Shown piece by piece: positions 27,300-39,426 of a stretch of 64,000 nucleotides of DNA. A program made the position numbers and the translations under genes. The stretch comes from an uncultured SAR116 cluster alpha proteobacterium (GTDB lineage: Bacteria; Pseudomonadota; Alphaproteobacteria; Puniceispirillales; Marisalimonadaceae). The stretch spans positions 1,118 to 65,117 of the forward strand of contig CACHVW010000001.1 in NCBI GenBank assembly GCA_902583415.1, read 5' to 3'. Position 1 is the stretch's first letter. Each line of letters starts with the position of its first letter. Below the pieces are notes generated by a model. That model was not told the DNA's origin. It made no database searches and saw only the letters and a list, made by a program, of their open reading frames with translations.

Positions 27300-28214
27300 T
27301 TAACTTATATAATTTCCTAAAGATGATAATGTTAACAATAGACCAAGGACGACATTTGATTTAAATATTTGCAGAGGACTATTCTGTTCTATATTTTTTA
27401 TTTTTATTACTTGATAAGTAAGATGCAATCCACCAATTGATACACCAATGTACCAAAAAATATTATTATTTAATAAATATCCACTAATAATTAATAAGCA
27501 AAACATTAAACTATAGGAACACCCTATAAAAAGAGTTAAGAAGTTTTTAGCTGATACAGCGGAATTTTTAATACCAAAAGTTTCATCTTCATTTTTATCC
27601 TGGCATCCATAAATTGTGTCATATCCAATGATCCAGAATACTGTTGCCAAATACATAATGAATATTCCTAAATTCCACTCTTCATTTGCAGCAGACCAGG
27701 CTGTTGGGACAGCCCAACTAAAGGTCAATCCTAAGATAATTTGTGGCCATTTTGTAAATCTTTTAGCTAAGGGATATAGAATAATTAGAGGTATCGCTGA
27801 GATAGCTACAAACCAAGTGTAAACGCTTAATTGATATAGACAAATTAAACCTATTAATAACATTGTAATTAAAAAATAGGTTGCGTGTAAAATTGAAATT
27901 TCACCACTGGCAAGCGGTCTTGTTTTTGTTCTAGAAATTTTTTTATCAATATCTTTGTCCCACATATCATTAATAGTACATCCGGCAGCTCTCATTACAA
28001 TTGAACCTATTAAGAAAACAAACATTAGTTTTATACAGTTTATCAAATCTAAATTTGTTAATGGAAGCACCCACCACCCTGGGAGAAGTAGAAGCCAAAA
28101 ACCGACTGGTCTGTCAAATCTTCCCAATCTTATCCATTTGATATAATGCTTAGGTAGTATGTCCCACCAACCACTATCTAGCATGTCAGAATTATTTTGT
28201 TTGGGTATATTCAT
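27300..28214 (-). CDS. ubiA: 4-hydroxybenzoate polyprenyltransferase
   Basis: RFDRPVGFWLLL, RAAGCTINDMWD..D..RT..RPLASG, YP..KR, YDTIY..QD. Confidence 0.96.
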   Translation of the reverse strand: MNIPKQNNSDMLDSGWWDILPKHYIKWIRLGRFDRPVGFWLLLLPGWWVLPLTNLDLINCIKLMFVFLIGSIVMRAAGCTINDMWDKDIDKKISRTKTRPLASGEISILHATYFLITMLLIGLICLYQLSVYTWFVAISAIPLIILYPLAKRFTKWPQIILGLTFSWAVPTAWSAANEEWNLGIFIMYLATVFWIIGYDTIYGCQDKNEDETFGIKNSAVSAKNFLTLFIGCSYSLMFCLLIISGYLLNNNIFWYIGVSIGGLHLTYQVIKIKNIEQNSPLQIFKSNVVLGLLLTLSSLGNYIS

Positions 28215-28290
28215 AAATAATGCAATATCATTATACTATATTCTAATCAATGAGCAGTGAAATTAATTTTAAGTTATACGGATTTCTATA

Positions 28291-29046
28291 ATGTTAGACT
28301 TATCTTATAAAGCTAAAATCAGACTTTATTTTCCAGGAAAAATATCTTTAAAAAGTCCAGTTAAATTAGAAAATAAGCAAGTTCATTATTTAATAAATGT
28401 AATGAGAAAAAAAATTGATGATTCAATTTTAGTTTTTAATAGCGATAATGGTGAGTTTTTAGCTAAAATTTCTGAAATTAATAAAAATAAAATTATTATT
28501 GATATTATTAAAAAAATACGAGATGTCAAAATTGAAAATGATATCTGGTTATTATTTGCGCCAGTTAAAAAATCTCCAACTGAATATATAGTGCAAAAGG
28601 CAACTGAATTGGGAGTATCTAAAATTATCCCTGTAATTACAGAACGCACTATAACAAAAAATTTAAATCTAAAAAGAATGCAAGATATAGCTATTGAATC
28701 TTCTGAACAATGCGAACGCATAACGATCCCTGAAGTCTGTGCTATAAATAAACTTAAAGATTTAATTCCTAATTGGGATAATGATCGAATTATATTTTTT
28801 TGTGATGAAACGATTAGAAACAATAATGTCGTCAAAATAGATCTTCAAAATCTATCAACAAAGTCTTTTGGTGCTATTCTAGTGGGTCCTGAAGGTGGTT
28901 TCAGTACAAATGAAACAAATTATTTAAGAGAAAAGAAGTTTATAAGACCAATTGATCTGGGACCTAGAATTTTGAGATCTGATACAGCAGTAATTGCTGC
29001 CCTTTCTCTTTGGCACTATTTAAATGGAGATATAAAAAATAGTTAA
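28291..29046 (+). CDS. rsmE: 16S rRNA m3U1498 methyltransferase
   Basis: HYLINVMR, QKATELGV, EQC, VGPEGGF, LGPRILRSDTA. Confidence 0.96.
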   Translation: MLDLSYKAKIRLYFPGKISLKSPVKLENKQVHYLINVMRKKIDDSILVFNSDNGEFLAKISEINKNKIIIDIIKKIRDVKIENDIWLLFAPVKKSPTEYIVQKATELGVSKIIPVITERTITKNLNLKRMQDIAIESSEQCERITIPEVCAINKLKDLIPNWDNDRIIFFCDETIRNNNVVKIDLQNLSTKSFGAILVGPEGGFSTNETNYLREKKFIRPIDLGPRILRSDTAVIAALSLWHYLNGDIKNS

Positions 29047-29141
29047 TAATCTTATAATTAATTTCAAATAGATTAGAAATACTATAACATGTTTATTGTT
29101 AATATTTTCAATTTATACCATAATCTAAATATGAGATCTAA

Positions 29142-30488
29142 ATGCGAAGATTAAAAAAAGAACACCTCATAAATTGGTTTAAAGAAGGTGAAAAAAAAAG
29201 AGAAGATTGGAAAATAGGTACTGAACATGAAAAATTTGTTTTTCATTTAAATAACTTAGAAAGAGTTGGTTATTTTGGTAAATCAGGTGTAAGTGAACTA
29301 TTAAATAATCTGGCAAAAGAAAATAAATGGGAAAAAATTTTAGAAAAAAACAATACAATTGCTTTAAAAGATGAAACTGGCGCATCAATTTCCCTTGAAC
29401 CTGGTGGACAATTAGAATTATCGGGGTCTCCTCTGGATAACTTACATCAAACATGTAGAGAGACTGGAAGACACCTAAAAATCATGAAAAAAGCCATGAA
29501 AAAACTTGGATTATCAATGATTGGTCTAGGTTATGATCCTAAATGGTCTCGTTCAAAGCAAAATTGGATGCCAAAGGGTCGATATGAAATCATGAAAAAT
29601 TTTATGCCTAAAGTTGGTCAACTCGGATTAGATATGATGTTAAGGACATGTACTATTCAAGTAAATCTTGATTATTTGAATGAACAGGACATGGTCCAAA
29701 AGTTTCAAACATCCTTAGCATTACAATCCATTGCAACAGCTATTTTCGCTAATTCCCCATTTATTGAAGGTAAAGAAAGTGGATATTTATCTTCAAGAGC
29801 AATGGTCTGGACAGATACTGACCCTAATAGAACAGGTGTGCCAGAAATTGTTTTTAATGAATCTTTTGGCTATGAGGAATGGTTAGATTATGTCCTCAAG
29901 GTGCCAATGTATTTTGTATACAGGGAAGGCGAATATATTGACGTATCTGGAAGATCTTTTTTAGATTTTATGGATGGAAAATTAGAAGGTTTTGAAGGTC
30001 AATTTCCTTCTCTCAAAGACTGGGAGGACCATGTAACAGTTGCATTCCCAGAAGTTAGACTCAAACAATATTTAGAAATGAGAGGTGCAGACGGTGGGCC
30101 TTGGAATATAATTTGTGCTCTCCCAGCGTTATGGGTGGGATTATTGTATGATAATGAGGCTCAATTAGAGGCCTATGATTTGGCAAAGCCATTTATGAAT
30201 ACTCAGCTTCTAGAAGAAGGAAGAATTTCGGCAGCAAAATACGGTTTAAATGGGAAACTAGGATCCAAAAAAATTATCGATACAGCAGAAGAAATGATAA
30301 GAATTTCTAGTTTAGGCCTTCAAAGACGCAATAAACTAGATGAAAGAGGCATTGATGAAAGACAGTTTTTAGATCCACTATACAATATCATTAGAAACAA
30401 AAAGACTGGATCTGAAATTCTTCTAGAAAAGTTTAATGGCATCTGGAAAAAAAATATAGACAAAGTATTTATCGATAAAGCTTTCTGA
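29142..30488 (+). CDS. gshA: Glutamate--cysteine ligase (alphaproteobacterial/plant type)
   Basis: IGTEHEKF, SLEPGGQLELSG, MPKGRY, TCTIQVNLD, FPEVRLK.YLEMRGAD. Confidence 0.95.
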   Translation: MRRLKKEHLINWFKEGEKKREDWKIGTEHEKFVFHLNNLERVGYFGKSGVSELLNNLAKENKWEKILEKNNTIALKDETGASISLEPGGQLELSGSPLDNLHQTCRETGRHLKIMKKAMKKLGLSMIGLGYDPKWSRSKQNWMPKGRYEIMKNFMPKVGQLGLDMMLRTCTIQVNLDYLNEQDMVQKFQTSLALQSIATAIFANSPFIEGKESGYLSSRAMVWTDTDPNRTGVPEIVFNESFGYEEWLDYVLKVPMYFVYREGEYIDVSGRSFLDFMDGKLEGFEGQFPSLKDWEDHVTVAFPEVRLKQYLEMRGADGGPWNIICALPALWVGLLYDNEAQLEAYDLAKPFMNTQLLEEGRISAAKYGLNGKLGSKKIIDTAEEMIRISSLGLQRRNKLDERGIDERQFLDPLYNIIRNKKTGSEILLEKFNGIWKKNIDKVFIDKAF

Positions 30489-30492
30489 TACT

Positions 30493-31941
30493 TTAGTTTG
30501 TATCAGTGCCTCCTACTGTGATGCCCCCCATCAATAACGTAGGTTGTCCAACGCCCACAGGAACACCTTGACCCTCTTTTCCACATGTACCAATTCCGTC
30601 ATCTAAAGACATATCATTTCCAATAAGAGAAATTTTCGACATTGCATCTGGGCCATTACCAATTAGGGTTGCTCCTTTAAGAGGCTGCTTAACTTTTCCA
30701 TTTTCTACTAGATAGGCCTCTGAAGCAGAAAAAACAAATTTGCCATTTGTAATGTCAACTTGTCCACCAGCAAAATTAACAGCATAAATACCTTTTTTAA
30801 CTGTACTTATAATCTCTTCTGGTTCAATTGTTCCATTATCCATGTAAGTGTTTGTCATTCTTGGCATAGGGTAATGAGAATAAGACTGTCTTCTCCCATT
30901 TCCAGTTGGTTCCATTTTCATTAATCTTGCATTCTGACGGTCTTGCATATAATTTCTTAAAATTCCATTTTCTATTAAAATGTTCTTTGATGATTTTGTA
31001 CCTTCGTCATCAATTGTTATTGATCCTCTTCTATTTTCAATTGTTCCGTCATCAATAACTGTAACTCCGTCAGCTGTAACTTTTTCCCCAATTTTTCCTG
31101 AGAATATTGAAGTTCCTTTCCTATTAAAATCTCCTTCTAAACCATGACCTACGGCTTCGTGTAACATAACACCTGGCCAGCCCGGACCTAAAATAACAGG
31201 CATTTCACCCGCAGGTGTAGGTATAGATTCAAGGTTGGTATTAGCAATTCTCAAAGCTTCTTTAACTTGACCTTTCCATCTATCAGAATTAATCCATTCT
31301 TCGTATTTTCCTCTTCCACCACATCCGGAATTTCCGGTTTCTCTTCTACCATTTTTTTCAACAACTAAGGATACATTGAGTCTAATAAGAGGTCTAATGT
31401 CTGCAGTTCTCTCTCCATCACCTCTTAATATTTGAATTGCTTGATACGAGGCAGAAATTGATGCTGAAACTTGAATGACATTTTTATCAATTGATCTAGC
31501 ATAAGTATCAATTTCTTGAAGTAAACTAGTTTTTACTTTAAATGAAGTTTCTTCAATTGGATTAATTGAGGTATAAAGTGGTTTGTTTATCCCATGTGAT
31601 GGTCCAGGAGCCATTATTCCTGAATAGTTTTTTGAAATGGATTTTACAGTTTCTGAGGCTCTTTTAAGAGAAGATTCTGTAATTTCACCTGAATGTGCAA
31701 AACCTCTTGCTTCACCTGCGATTGCTCTTAGACCGAATCCTTTTGTGCTATCGTAAGAAATATTTTTCATTCTACCATCATCAAATGAAAATGATTCTGA
31801 TTTTGTCGACTCAAGATATAACTCGCCATCATCTGCATCCACCAATGTGTCAGAAAGTAAAGATTGGACTTTATCTAGATCAAAGTCTTTATCTTCAAAA
31901 AAAATTTTATCAGTTAATTCCAATGGGGATTTATTTTGCAT
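30493..31941 (-). CDS. tldD: Metalloprotease TldD
   Basis: HEAVGHGLEGDFNRKG, PMPRMTN, GTCGKEGQ; likely start MQNKSP with an AGGT SD. Confidence 0.96.
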   Translation of the reverse strand: MQNKSPLELTDKIFFEDKDFDLDKVQSLLSDTLVDADDGELYLESTKSESFSFDDGRMKNISYDSTKGFGLRAIAGEARGFAHSGEITESSLKRASETVKSISKNYSGIMAPGPSHGINKPLYTSINPIEETSFKVKTSLLQEIDTYARSIDKNVIQVSASISASYQAIQILRGDGERTADIRPLIRLNVSLVVEKNGRRETGNSGCGGRGKYEEWINSDRWKGQVKEALRIANTNLESIPTPAGEMPVILGPGWPGVMLHEAVGHGLEGDFNRKGTSIFSGKIGEKVTADGVTVIDDGTIENRRGSITIDDEGTKSSKNILIENGILRNYMQDRQNARLMKMEPTGNGRRQSYSHYPMPRMTNTYMDNGTIEPEEIISTVKKGIYAVNFAGGQVDITNGKFVFSASEAYLVENGKVKQPLKGATLIGNGPDAMSKISLIGNDMSLDDGIGTCGKEGQGVPVGVGQPTLLMGGITVGGTDTN

Positions 31942-32205
31942 TTCATACCTACTAATTATAAAGTTCATCATTTAACATGGCATTATAGTTAAGTTTCTTC
32001 AAGGCTGAAGGTTAATTATTATATATTTTTTGATTAAATCAAATTTTTATTGAAAAATTACAATTAATTTTATTTTAGACCTAGCATTTTTCAAAAAAAA
32101 GTTTTAAGTAATAGTTATAAATTGTAATTTATAATCATTTTAAAAAACTTTTTTAATACTTACTGTGAATGTTCTACTTAGAACTACTCTTGAGGAGCAT
32201 AAATA

Positions 32206-34700
<2,495 letters not shown>

Positions 34701-34721
34701 TTTATTTTTAGGATAGCTTCA

Positions 34722-35642
34722 TTGAATACAAAAACTTTAACAAACGAGTTAAACGCTGATATTAAGTTTGGTAACTCACCAATAGATTATTTTATCTTAA
34801 TGAAACCAAGAGTTATGTCACTAGTAGTATTTACTGCATTTGTTGGTTATTTTGTAGGTACGTTTGAGAATTTTGATCGCTTGAACCCCATTCTTGCAAC
34901 TATAGGTATATTCGCTATTGCAATGGGTGCTGGTGCATCTGGTGTATTAAATCAATGGTATGAAAGAGATATCGATAGTATTATGGAAAGGACAAAGAAT
35001 AGACCTATACCTTCAAAAAAAATTGATCCATCTGAGGCATTGACCTTTGGTATTATATTATCTTTTATCTCAATCATAATACTAGGACTAGCTGTCAATT
35101 GGTTTTCTTCACTATTACTGGCTTTTACAATCATTTTTTACGCCGTCATATACACTGTGTTACTAAAAAGATACACAATACAAAATATCGTTATTGGAGG
35201 TGCGTCTGGAGCTTTCCCGCCAGTTATTGGTTATTCTTTAATTGATGGAAACATCTCTTTAGAATCTCTACTTCTTTTTGGGATTATTTTTCTATGGACT
35301 CCACCACACTTTTGGGCCTTGGCACTATTGAGACAAAAAGAATACAAACTAGCAAATATACCTATGTTACCAGTTGTTCATGGTGAAAAAACAACAAGAA
35401 AATATATATTATATTATATATTATTATTATTACCTTTTTCGATGTTACCATTCGCTTTAGGTTATTCATCATTAATTTATATTATTACTTCTGTAATTTT
35501 AGGCCTTGAATTTTTAAGACGAACACACGCATTAATAAAAGTTAAAAATAACTCTGAAAATAAACTATTTTTATTTTCTATCACTTACTTATTTTTGTTG
35601 TTTTTAAGTATATGTTTAGATAAGTTTTACCAAAATTTTTAG
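34722..35642 (+). CDS. ctaB: Protoheme IX farnesyltransferase
   Basis: KPRVMSLV, D..MERT.NRP, QNIVIGG, WTPPHFWAL; TTG start. Confidence 0.95.
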   Translation: MNTKTLTNELNADIKFGNSPIDYFILMKPRVMSLVVFTAFVGYFVGTFENFDRLNPILATIGIFAIAMGAGASGVLNQWYERDIDSIMERTKNRPIPSKKIDPSEALTFGIILSFISIIILGLAVNWFSSLLLAFTIIFYAVIYTVLLKRYTIQNIVIGGASGAFPPVIGYSLIDGNISLESLLLFGIIFLWTPPHFWALALLRQKEYKLANIPMLPVVHGEKTTRKYILYYILLLLPFSMLPFALGYSSLIYIITSVILGLEFLRRTHALIKVKNNSENKLFLFSITYLFLLFLSICLDKFYQNF

Positions 35643-35652
35643 AAGTATTCAT

Positions 35653-35793
35653 GTGAAGCAAAAAATTCCAAAAAACATTGAAGATTTTTATCAAAGCAAG
35701 AAGTCAAAAAATATAGTAATGCTTCTAATTATAATAGGTTTAGTTGTTCTATTTTTTTTAATTACGATTTTGCGAATGAATGTGGTGGATTAG
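35653..35793 (+). CDS. 46-aa single-TM cox-operon protein (CoxF-like), absent from the ORF track
   Basis: GTG start; MKQKIPKNIEDFYQSKKSKNIVMLLIIIGLVVLFFLITILRMNVVD; basic-xN then TM ending LFxxxTIxR, in the usual slot between ctaB and ctaG. Confidence 0.75.
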   Translation: MKQKIPKNIEDFYQSKKSKNIVMLLIIIGLVVLFFLITILRMNVVD

Positions 35794-35794
35794 C

Positions 35795-36388
35795 ATGTCT
35801 CAAGCAAATAATGACGTTATAAAAAATAATAAATTATTAGGGAAAATTATTGTTTTTGTTTTCTTGATGATTGGTTTGTCGTATGCATCTGTTCCTCTTT
35901 ATGATCTATTTTGTAGAGTTACCGGTTATGGTGGAACAACACAAAAGTCCTCACTTGCACCTGGCTCGCAAGGCAATTATAAAAATATTCAGATCCGATT
36001 TGATGCTAATGTTAATAACAACTTAAATTGGGAGTTTTTGGCCCCTAAAGATGAAATTTTAGTTCAACCAGGAGTTGAAAAAATTATTTATTACACTGCC
36101 AAAAATTTATCAGATAAAACAATTGTGGGCACAGCTACCTATAATGTGTCACCTCCCAAGGCAGGGTCAGTATTTATGAAGATTGACTGTTTTTGTTTTA
36201 TCGAGCAGGCTCTTAAGCCAGGTGAAGAAGTAAAAATGCCTGTTGTGTTTTATATAGATCCTATTATTGACAGTGACGAGAATTTAAAAAATCTTAATGA
36301 AATTACTCTATCTTATACTTTTTTTAAAAAATATGAAAAAGAAGTACACAATAAAAAAAGCAATGTAAAGTCAACTAATCTTTTGTAG
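35795..36388 (+). CDS. ctaG: Copper assembly protein CtaG/Cox11
   Basis: YASVPLYDLFCRVTGYGGT, KIDCFCF, MPVVFYID; ATG 35795 follows the small ORF stop. Confidence 0.96.
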   Translation: MSQANNDVIKNNKLLGKIIVFVFLMIGLSYASVPLYDLFCRVTGYGGTTQKSSLAPGSQGNYKNIQIRFDANVNNNLNWEFLAPKDEILVQPGVEKIIYYTAKNLSDKTIVGTATYNVSPPKAGSVFMKIDCFCFIEQALKPGEEVKMPVVFYIDPIIDSDENLKNLNEITLSYTFFKKYEKEVHNKKSNVKSTNLL

Positions 36389-36439
36389 TATGAAAAATAA
36401 ATGTTAAAATTACCCTAGGGATATGTTTAGGAGTAAAAT

Positions 36440-37225
36440 ATGAGTGGTGAGCAAAAACATCAATATCATTTAGTTGAGCCCAGCCCTTGGCCTGCACTTG
36501 GTGCAGCTGCTGGGTTTACGTTAGTTTTAGGACTAACCTTATTTATGCATGAATATCCATACAGTATTTACGTAATGATTGCAGGTGCTTTAATGGTTCT
36601 GCTCACAATGTTTTTATGGTGGAGAGATGTTGTAAGGGAAGCAGAATATCAAGGTCATCACACACCAATTGTTCAAATTGGTATGAGATATGGTATGATT
36701 TTTTTTATTTGTTCTGAGGTTATGTTTTTTGTTGCATTTTTCTGGGCTTTTTTTGATTCTAGTTTATATCCTGACACTGGTGTATGGCCTCCAGAAGGTA
36801 TTGAAACTTTCGATCCATTTGATTTACCACTTATAAATACTTTAATATTGTTATTATCTGGATGTACAGTTACTTGGTCTCATCATGCACTTCAACACAA
36901 CAATAGAAAAGATTTTATAACTGGACTAATCCTAACGATTATCCTTGGTGCTCTTTTTACAGCTCTTCAAGCTTACGAATATGATCATGCTGCATTTTCC
37001 TTTACAGATGGAATTTATGCGTCAACTTTTTATATGGCAACAGGGTTTCATGGTTTTCATGTTTTAGTTGGTACAATATTTTTAACAGTATGTTTGTTTA
37101 GAGGTCTTAATGGACATTTTTCTCCTGACCATCATTTTGGTTTTGAGGCGGCAGCGTGGTATTGGCATTTTGTTGACGTAGTTTGGTTGTTTTTATTTGT
37201 TTGTATATACTGGTGGGGCGGTTGA
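36440..37225 (+). CDS. coxC: Cytochrome c oxidase subunit III
   Basis: HLVEPSPWP, SEVMFF, TGFHGFHV, AAWYWHFVDVVW; AGGAG SD. Confidence 0.97.
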   Translation: MSGEQKHQYHLVEPSPWPALGAAAGFTLVLGLTLFMHEYPYSIYVMIAGALMVLLTMFLWWRDVVREAEYQGHHTPIVQIGMRYGMIFFICSEVMFFVAFFWAFFDSSLYPDTGVWPPEGIETFDPFDLPLINTLILLLSGCTVTWSHHALQHNNRKDFITGLILTIILGALFTALQAYEYDHAAFSFTDGIYASTFYMATGFHGFHVLVGTIFLTVCLFRGLNGHFSPDHHFGFEAAAWYWHFVDVVWLFLFVCIYWWGG

Positions 37226-37271
37226 TAAGTATATAAAATACTTATAAAAATTGAAGGTTCTTTTACTAATA

Positions 37272-38006
37272 ATGAAAATACAATTTAGACCGATGCTATG
37301 GCCATCAATTTTTTCGATAGTTACTTTCATTATTTTATGTAGCTTTGGAACGTGGCAGCTAAAGAGGCTTTACTGGAAAGAAGCATTAATACAAAGGTAT
37401 ATTTCTGAAAGTCAATCAAACCCTATATCTAATCCTTCAGAATTTTCAAAATCTAAAATTAACGAATTTAAAGCTGTAGAAATATTTGGAAAGTTTCTAC
37501 ATATAAATGAAATATATATTACCGGTAAAACATATGAGGGTAATGCAGGTTTTCATGTCGTAACACCATTTGAAATGGAAAATAATAAAATTATTCTTAT
37601 TAACAGAGGTTGGGTGTCTGAAGGTTATAAAGACCCAAAGAAAAGAAAATTTAGTCTTACAGAAGGACAAGTTAATTTAAAAGGAATAATACGATATCCA
37701 CAAAAAAAGGGGTATTTTGTTCCTGAAAATGACGGTGAAAATGGGTTTTGGTTTACAATAATACCAAATCAAATTTTTAAATTTGTAAAAATAAACTCTA
37801 ATTTTGTAATAAAAGATTACTACATTGATGCATTACGTCTTGAGGAAAAAATTACACTTCCAATTGGAGTGGATGGAAAACCTAATTTAAGAAATCAACA
37901 CTTATCATATGCAATAACATGGTATGGATTAGCGCTATCCCTTCTATTTGTGTACTTTTCATATCATGCTTCATCTGGAAGATTAATATTTAAAAAGACT
38001 CAATAA
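37272..38006 (+). CDS. surf1: SURF1/Shy1 heme a insertion factor
   Basis: GTWQLKRL.WK, INRGWV, NQHLSYAITWY; likely start ATG 37272. Confidence 0.93.
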   Translation: MKIQFRPMLWPSIFSIVTFIILCSFGTWQLKRLYWKEALIQRYISESQSNPISNPSEFSKSKINEFKAVEIFGKFLHINEIYITGKTYEGNAGFHVVTPFEMENNKIILINRGWVSEGYKDPKKRKFSLTEGQVNLKGIIRYPQKKGYFVPENDGENGFWFTIIPNQIFKFVKINSNFVIKDYYIDALRLEEKITLPIGVDGKPNLRNQHLSYAITWYGLALSLLFVYFSYHASSGRLIFKKTQ

Positions 38007-38007
38007 A

Positions 38008-39426
38008 ATGGATGATTATATAAAATATTCAAGTACAAGAGGAGGAGATCAATCTCTTTCATATGAAGAGGTTCTTTTGGCTGGCTTAGCACGAGATGGT
38101 GGATTGTTTATGCCTGAAAAATGGCCAAGTTTTAGTTATAATGACTTAAAGAATATGAAAGAACTAAGTTATTCAAAGTTAGCTTCTAAAATTTTAAAAC
38201 CCTTTATCCGACCTTTTTTGGATGAGAATGATATTTCTAAAATATGTGATTCTACTTATTCATTGTTTGGTCAAAATGTAGCTCCTTTAAAAGAGCTTAA
38301 GGAAAACACCTATATGCTTGAGCTCTTTCATGGCCCCACTTTAGCATTCAAAGATTATGCCATGCAATTTTTGTCTAGAGCATTTAACATAGCTCTAGAA
38401 AAAAAGAATAAAAGAGCTGTAATTTTAGGTGCAACTAGCGGTGATACTGGTTCTGCCGCTCTAGAGGCATTTAAGGGGAAAGATAATATCGATATTTTTA
38501 TACTTTTCCCGCACAAAAGGGTATCAGAAGTTCAACAAAAACAAATGACCTGGATAAATGAAGACGGAGCTCATGCCTTATCTGTGAAAACTGATTTTGA
38601 CGGGTGTCAGGCAATTGTTAAAGATTGTTTTGAAGATCTAAATTTTAAAGATCGTACATCACTCTCAGCTATAAACTCAATTAATTGGGTTAGATTATTA
38701 CCTCAAATAGTTTATTATTTCTACTCTGCGCTTAGAGTAGGATCTCCTGAAAAAGAGGTCGTTTTTTCTGTGCCCACAGGTAATTTTGGAAATATTTTAG
38801 CAGGATGGATGGCAAAAAAAATGGGGCTTCCTATATCAAAGCTGATATGTGGTTCAAACCAAAATGATATACTTACTAGATTTTTTGAAAATGGTATTAT
38901 GAAACGAAAAAATGTTTTTCCTTCTCACAGCCCAAGTATGGATATTCAAGTTTCTAGCAATTTTGAGAGATTATTATACGAAATAAATGATAGAGATACA
39001 AATTTAGTCAAAAAGCAAATGAATGAATTTAAAGTTGATGGAAACTTTCAAATTACTCAAGACCAACTTAACAAAATAAATACTTTATTTGCCGCTTTTA
39101 AGATAAGTGATTTTGATACTCTTAATATAATTAAAAAGATCTATATTGATCACAAATATATGCTTGATCCTCACAGCGCGATAGGCTACGGCGCTGTGCA
39201 AAAAGCTATTGAACAAAAAATCATTTCTAATGATTGTACTGTAATTTCTCTTGCTTGTGCACACCCTGCTAAATTTCCACAAGTTATAAAAAAAAGTATT
39301 GGAATAATACCTGAATTTCCTTTGCATTTAGATAAAATTATGAGTCAAAAAGAAAACTTCAAAACAATTGATCCTAATTTAAAAGATGTTCAAGAATATA
39401 TTATAAAATCTATGAGAATGTTATGA
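38008..39426 (+). CDS. thrC: Threonine synthase
   Basis: GLA.DGGL, ELFHGPTLAFKD (PLP Lys), ATSGDTG, NSINW, PTGNFG. Confidence 0.97.
   Translation: MDDYIKYSSTRGGDQSLSYEEVLLAGLARDGGLFMPEKWPSFSYNDLKNMKELSYSKLASKILKPFIRPFLDENDISKICDSTYSLFGQNVAPLKELKENTYMLELFHGPTLAFKDYAMQFLSRAFNIALEKKNKRAVILGATSGDTGSAALEAFKGKDNIDIFILFPHKRVSEVQQKQMTWINEDGAHALSVKTDFDGCQAIVKDCFEDLNFKDRTSLSAINSINWVRLLPQIVYYFYSALRVGSPEKEVVFSVPTGNFGNILAGWMAKKMGLPISKLICGSNQNDILTRFFENGIMKRKNVFPSHSPSMDIQVSSNFERLLYEINDRDTNLVKKQMNEFKVDGNFQITQDQLNKINTLFAAFKISDFDTLNIIKKIYIDHKYMLDPHSAIGYGAVQKAIEQKIISNDCTVISLACAHPAKFPQVIKKSIGIIPEFPLHLDKIMSQKENFKTIDPNLKDVQEYIIKSMRML

Noticed and set aside
28217-28234. Fur-like ATAATG-N6-CATTAT between ubiA and rsmE
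   Set aside because: The spacer is one base too long for a Fur box. It shows that such strings arise by chance here, which tempers the PR Fur-box call.
18565-31941. TldD/PmbA as a RiPP-processing system for the micro-ORFs
   Set aside because: Both genes are in their usual housekeeping contexts (next to lipid A genes and to gshA/coxB) and no RiPP modification enzymes are present.
32030-32042. FNR/FixK box upstream of coxB
   Set aside because: The spacer is N3 rather than the required TTGAT-N4-ATCAA; kept only as an unassigned palindrome.
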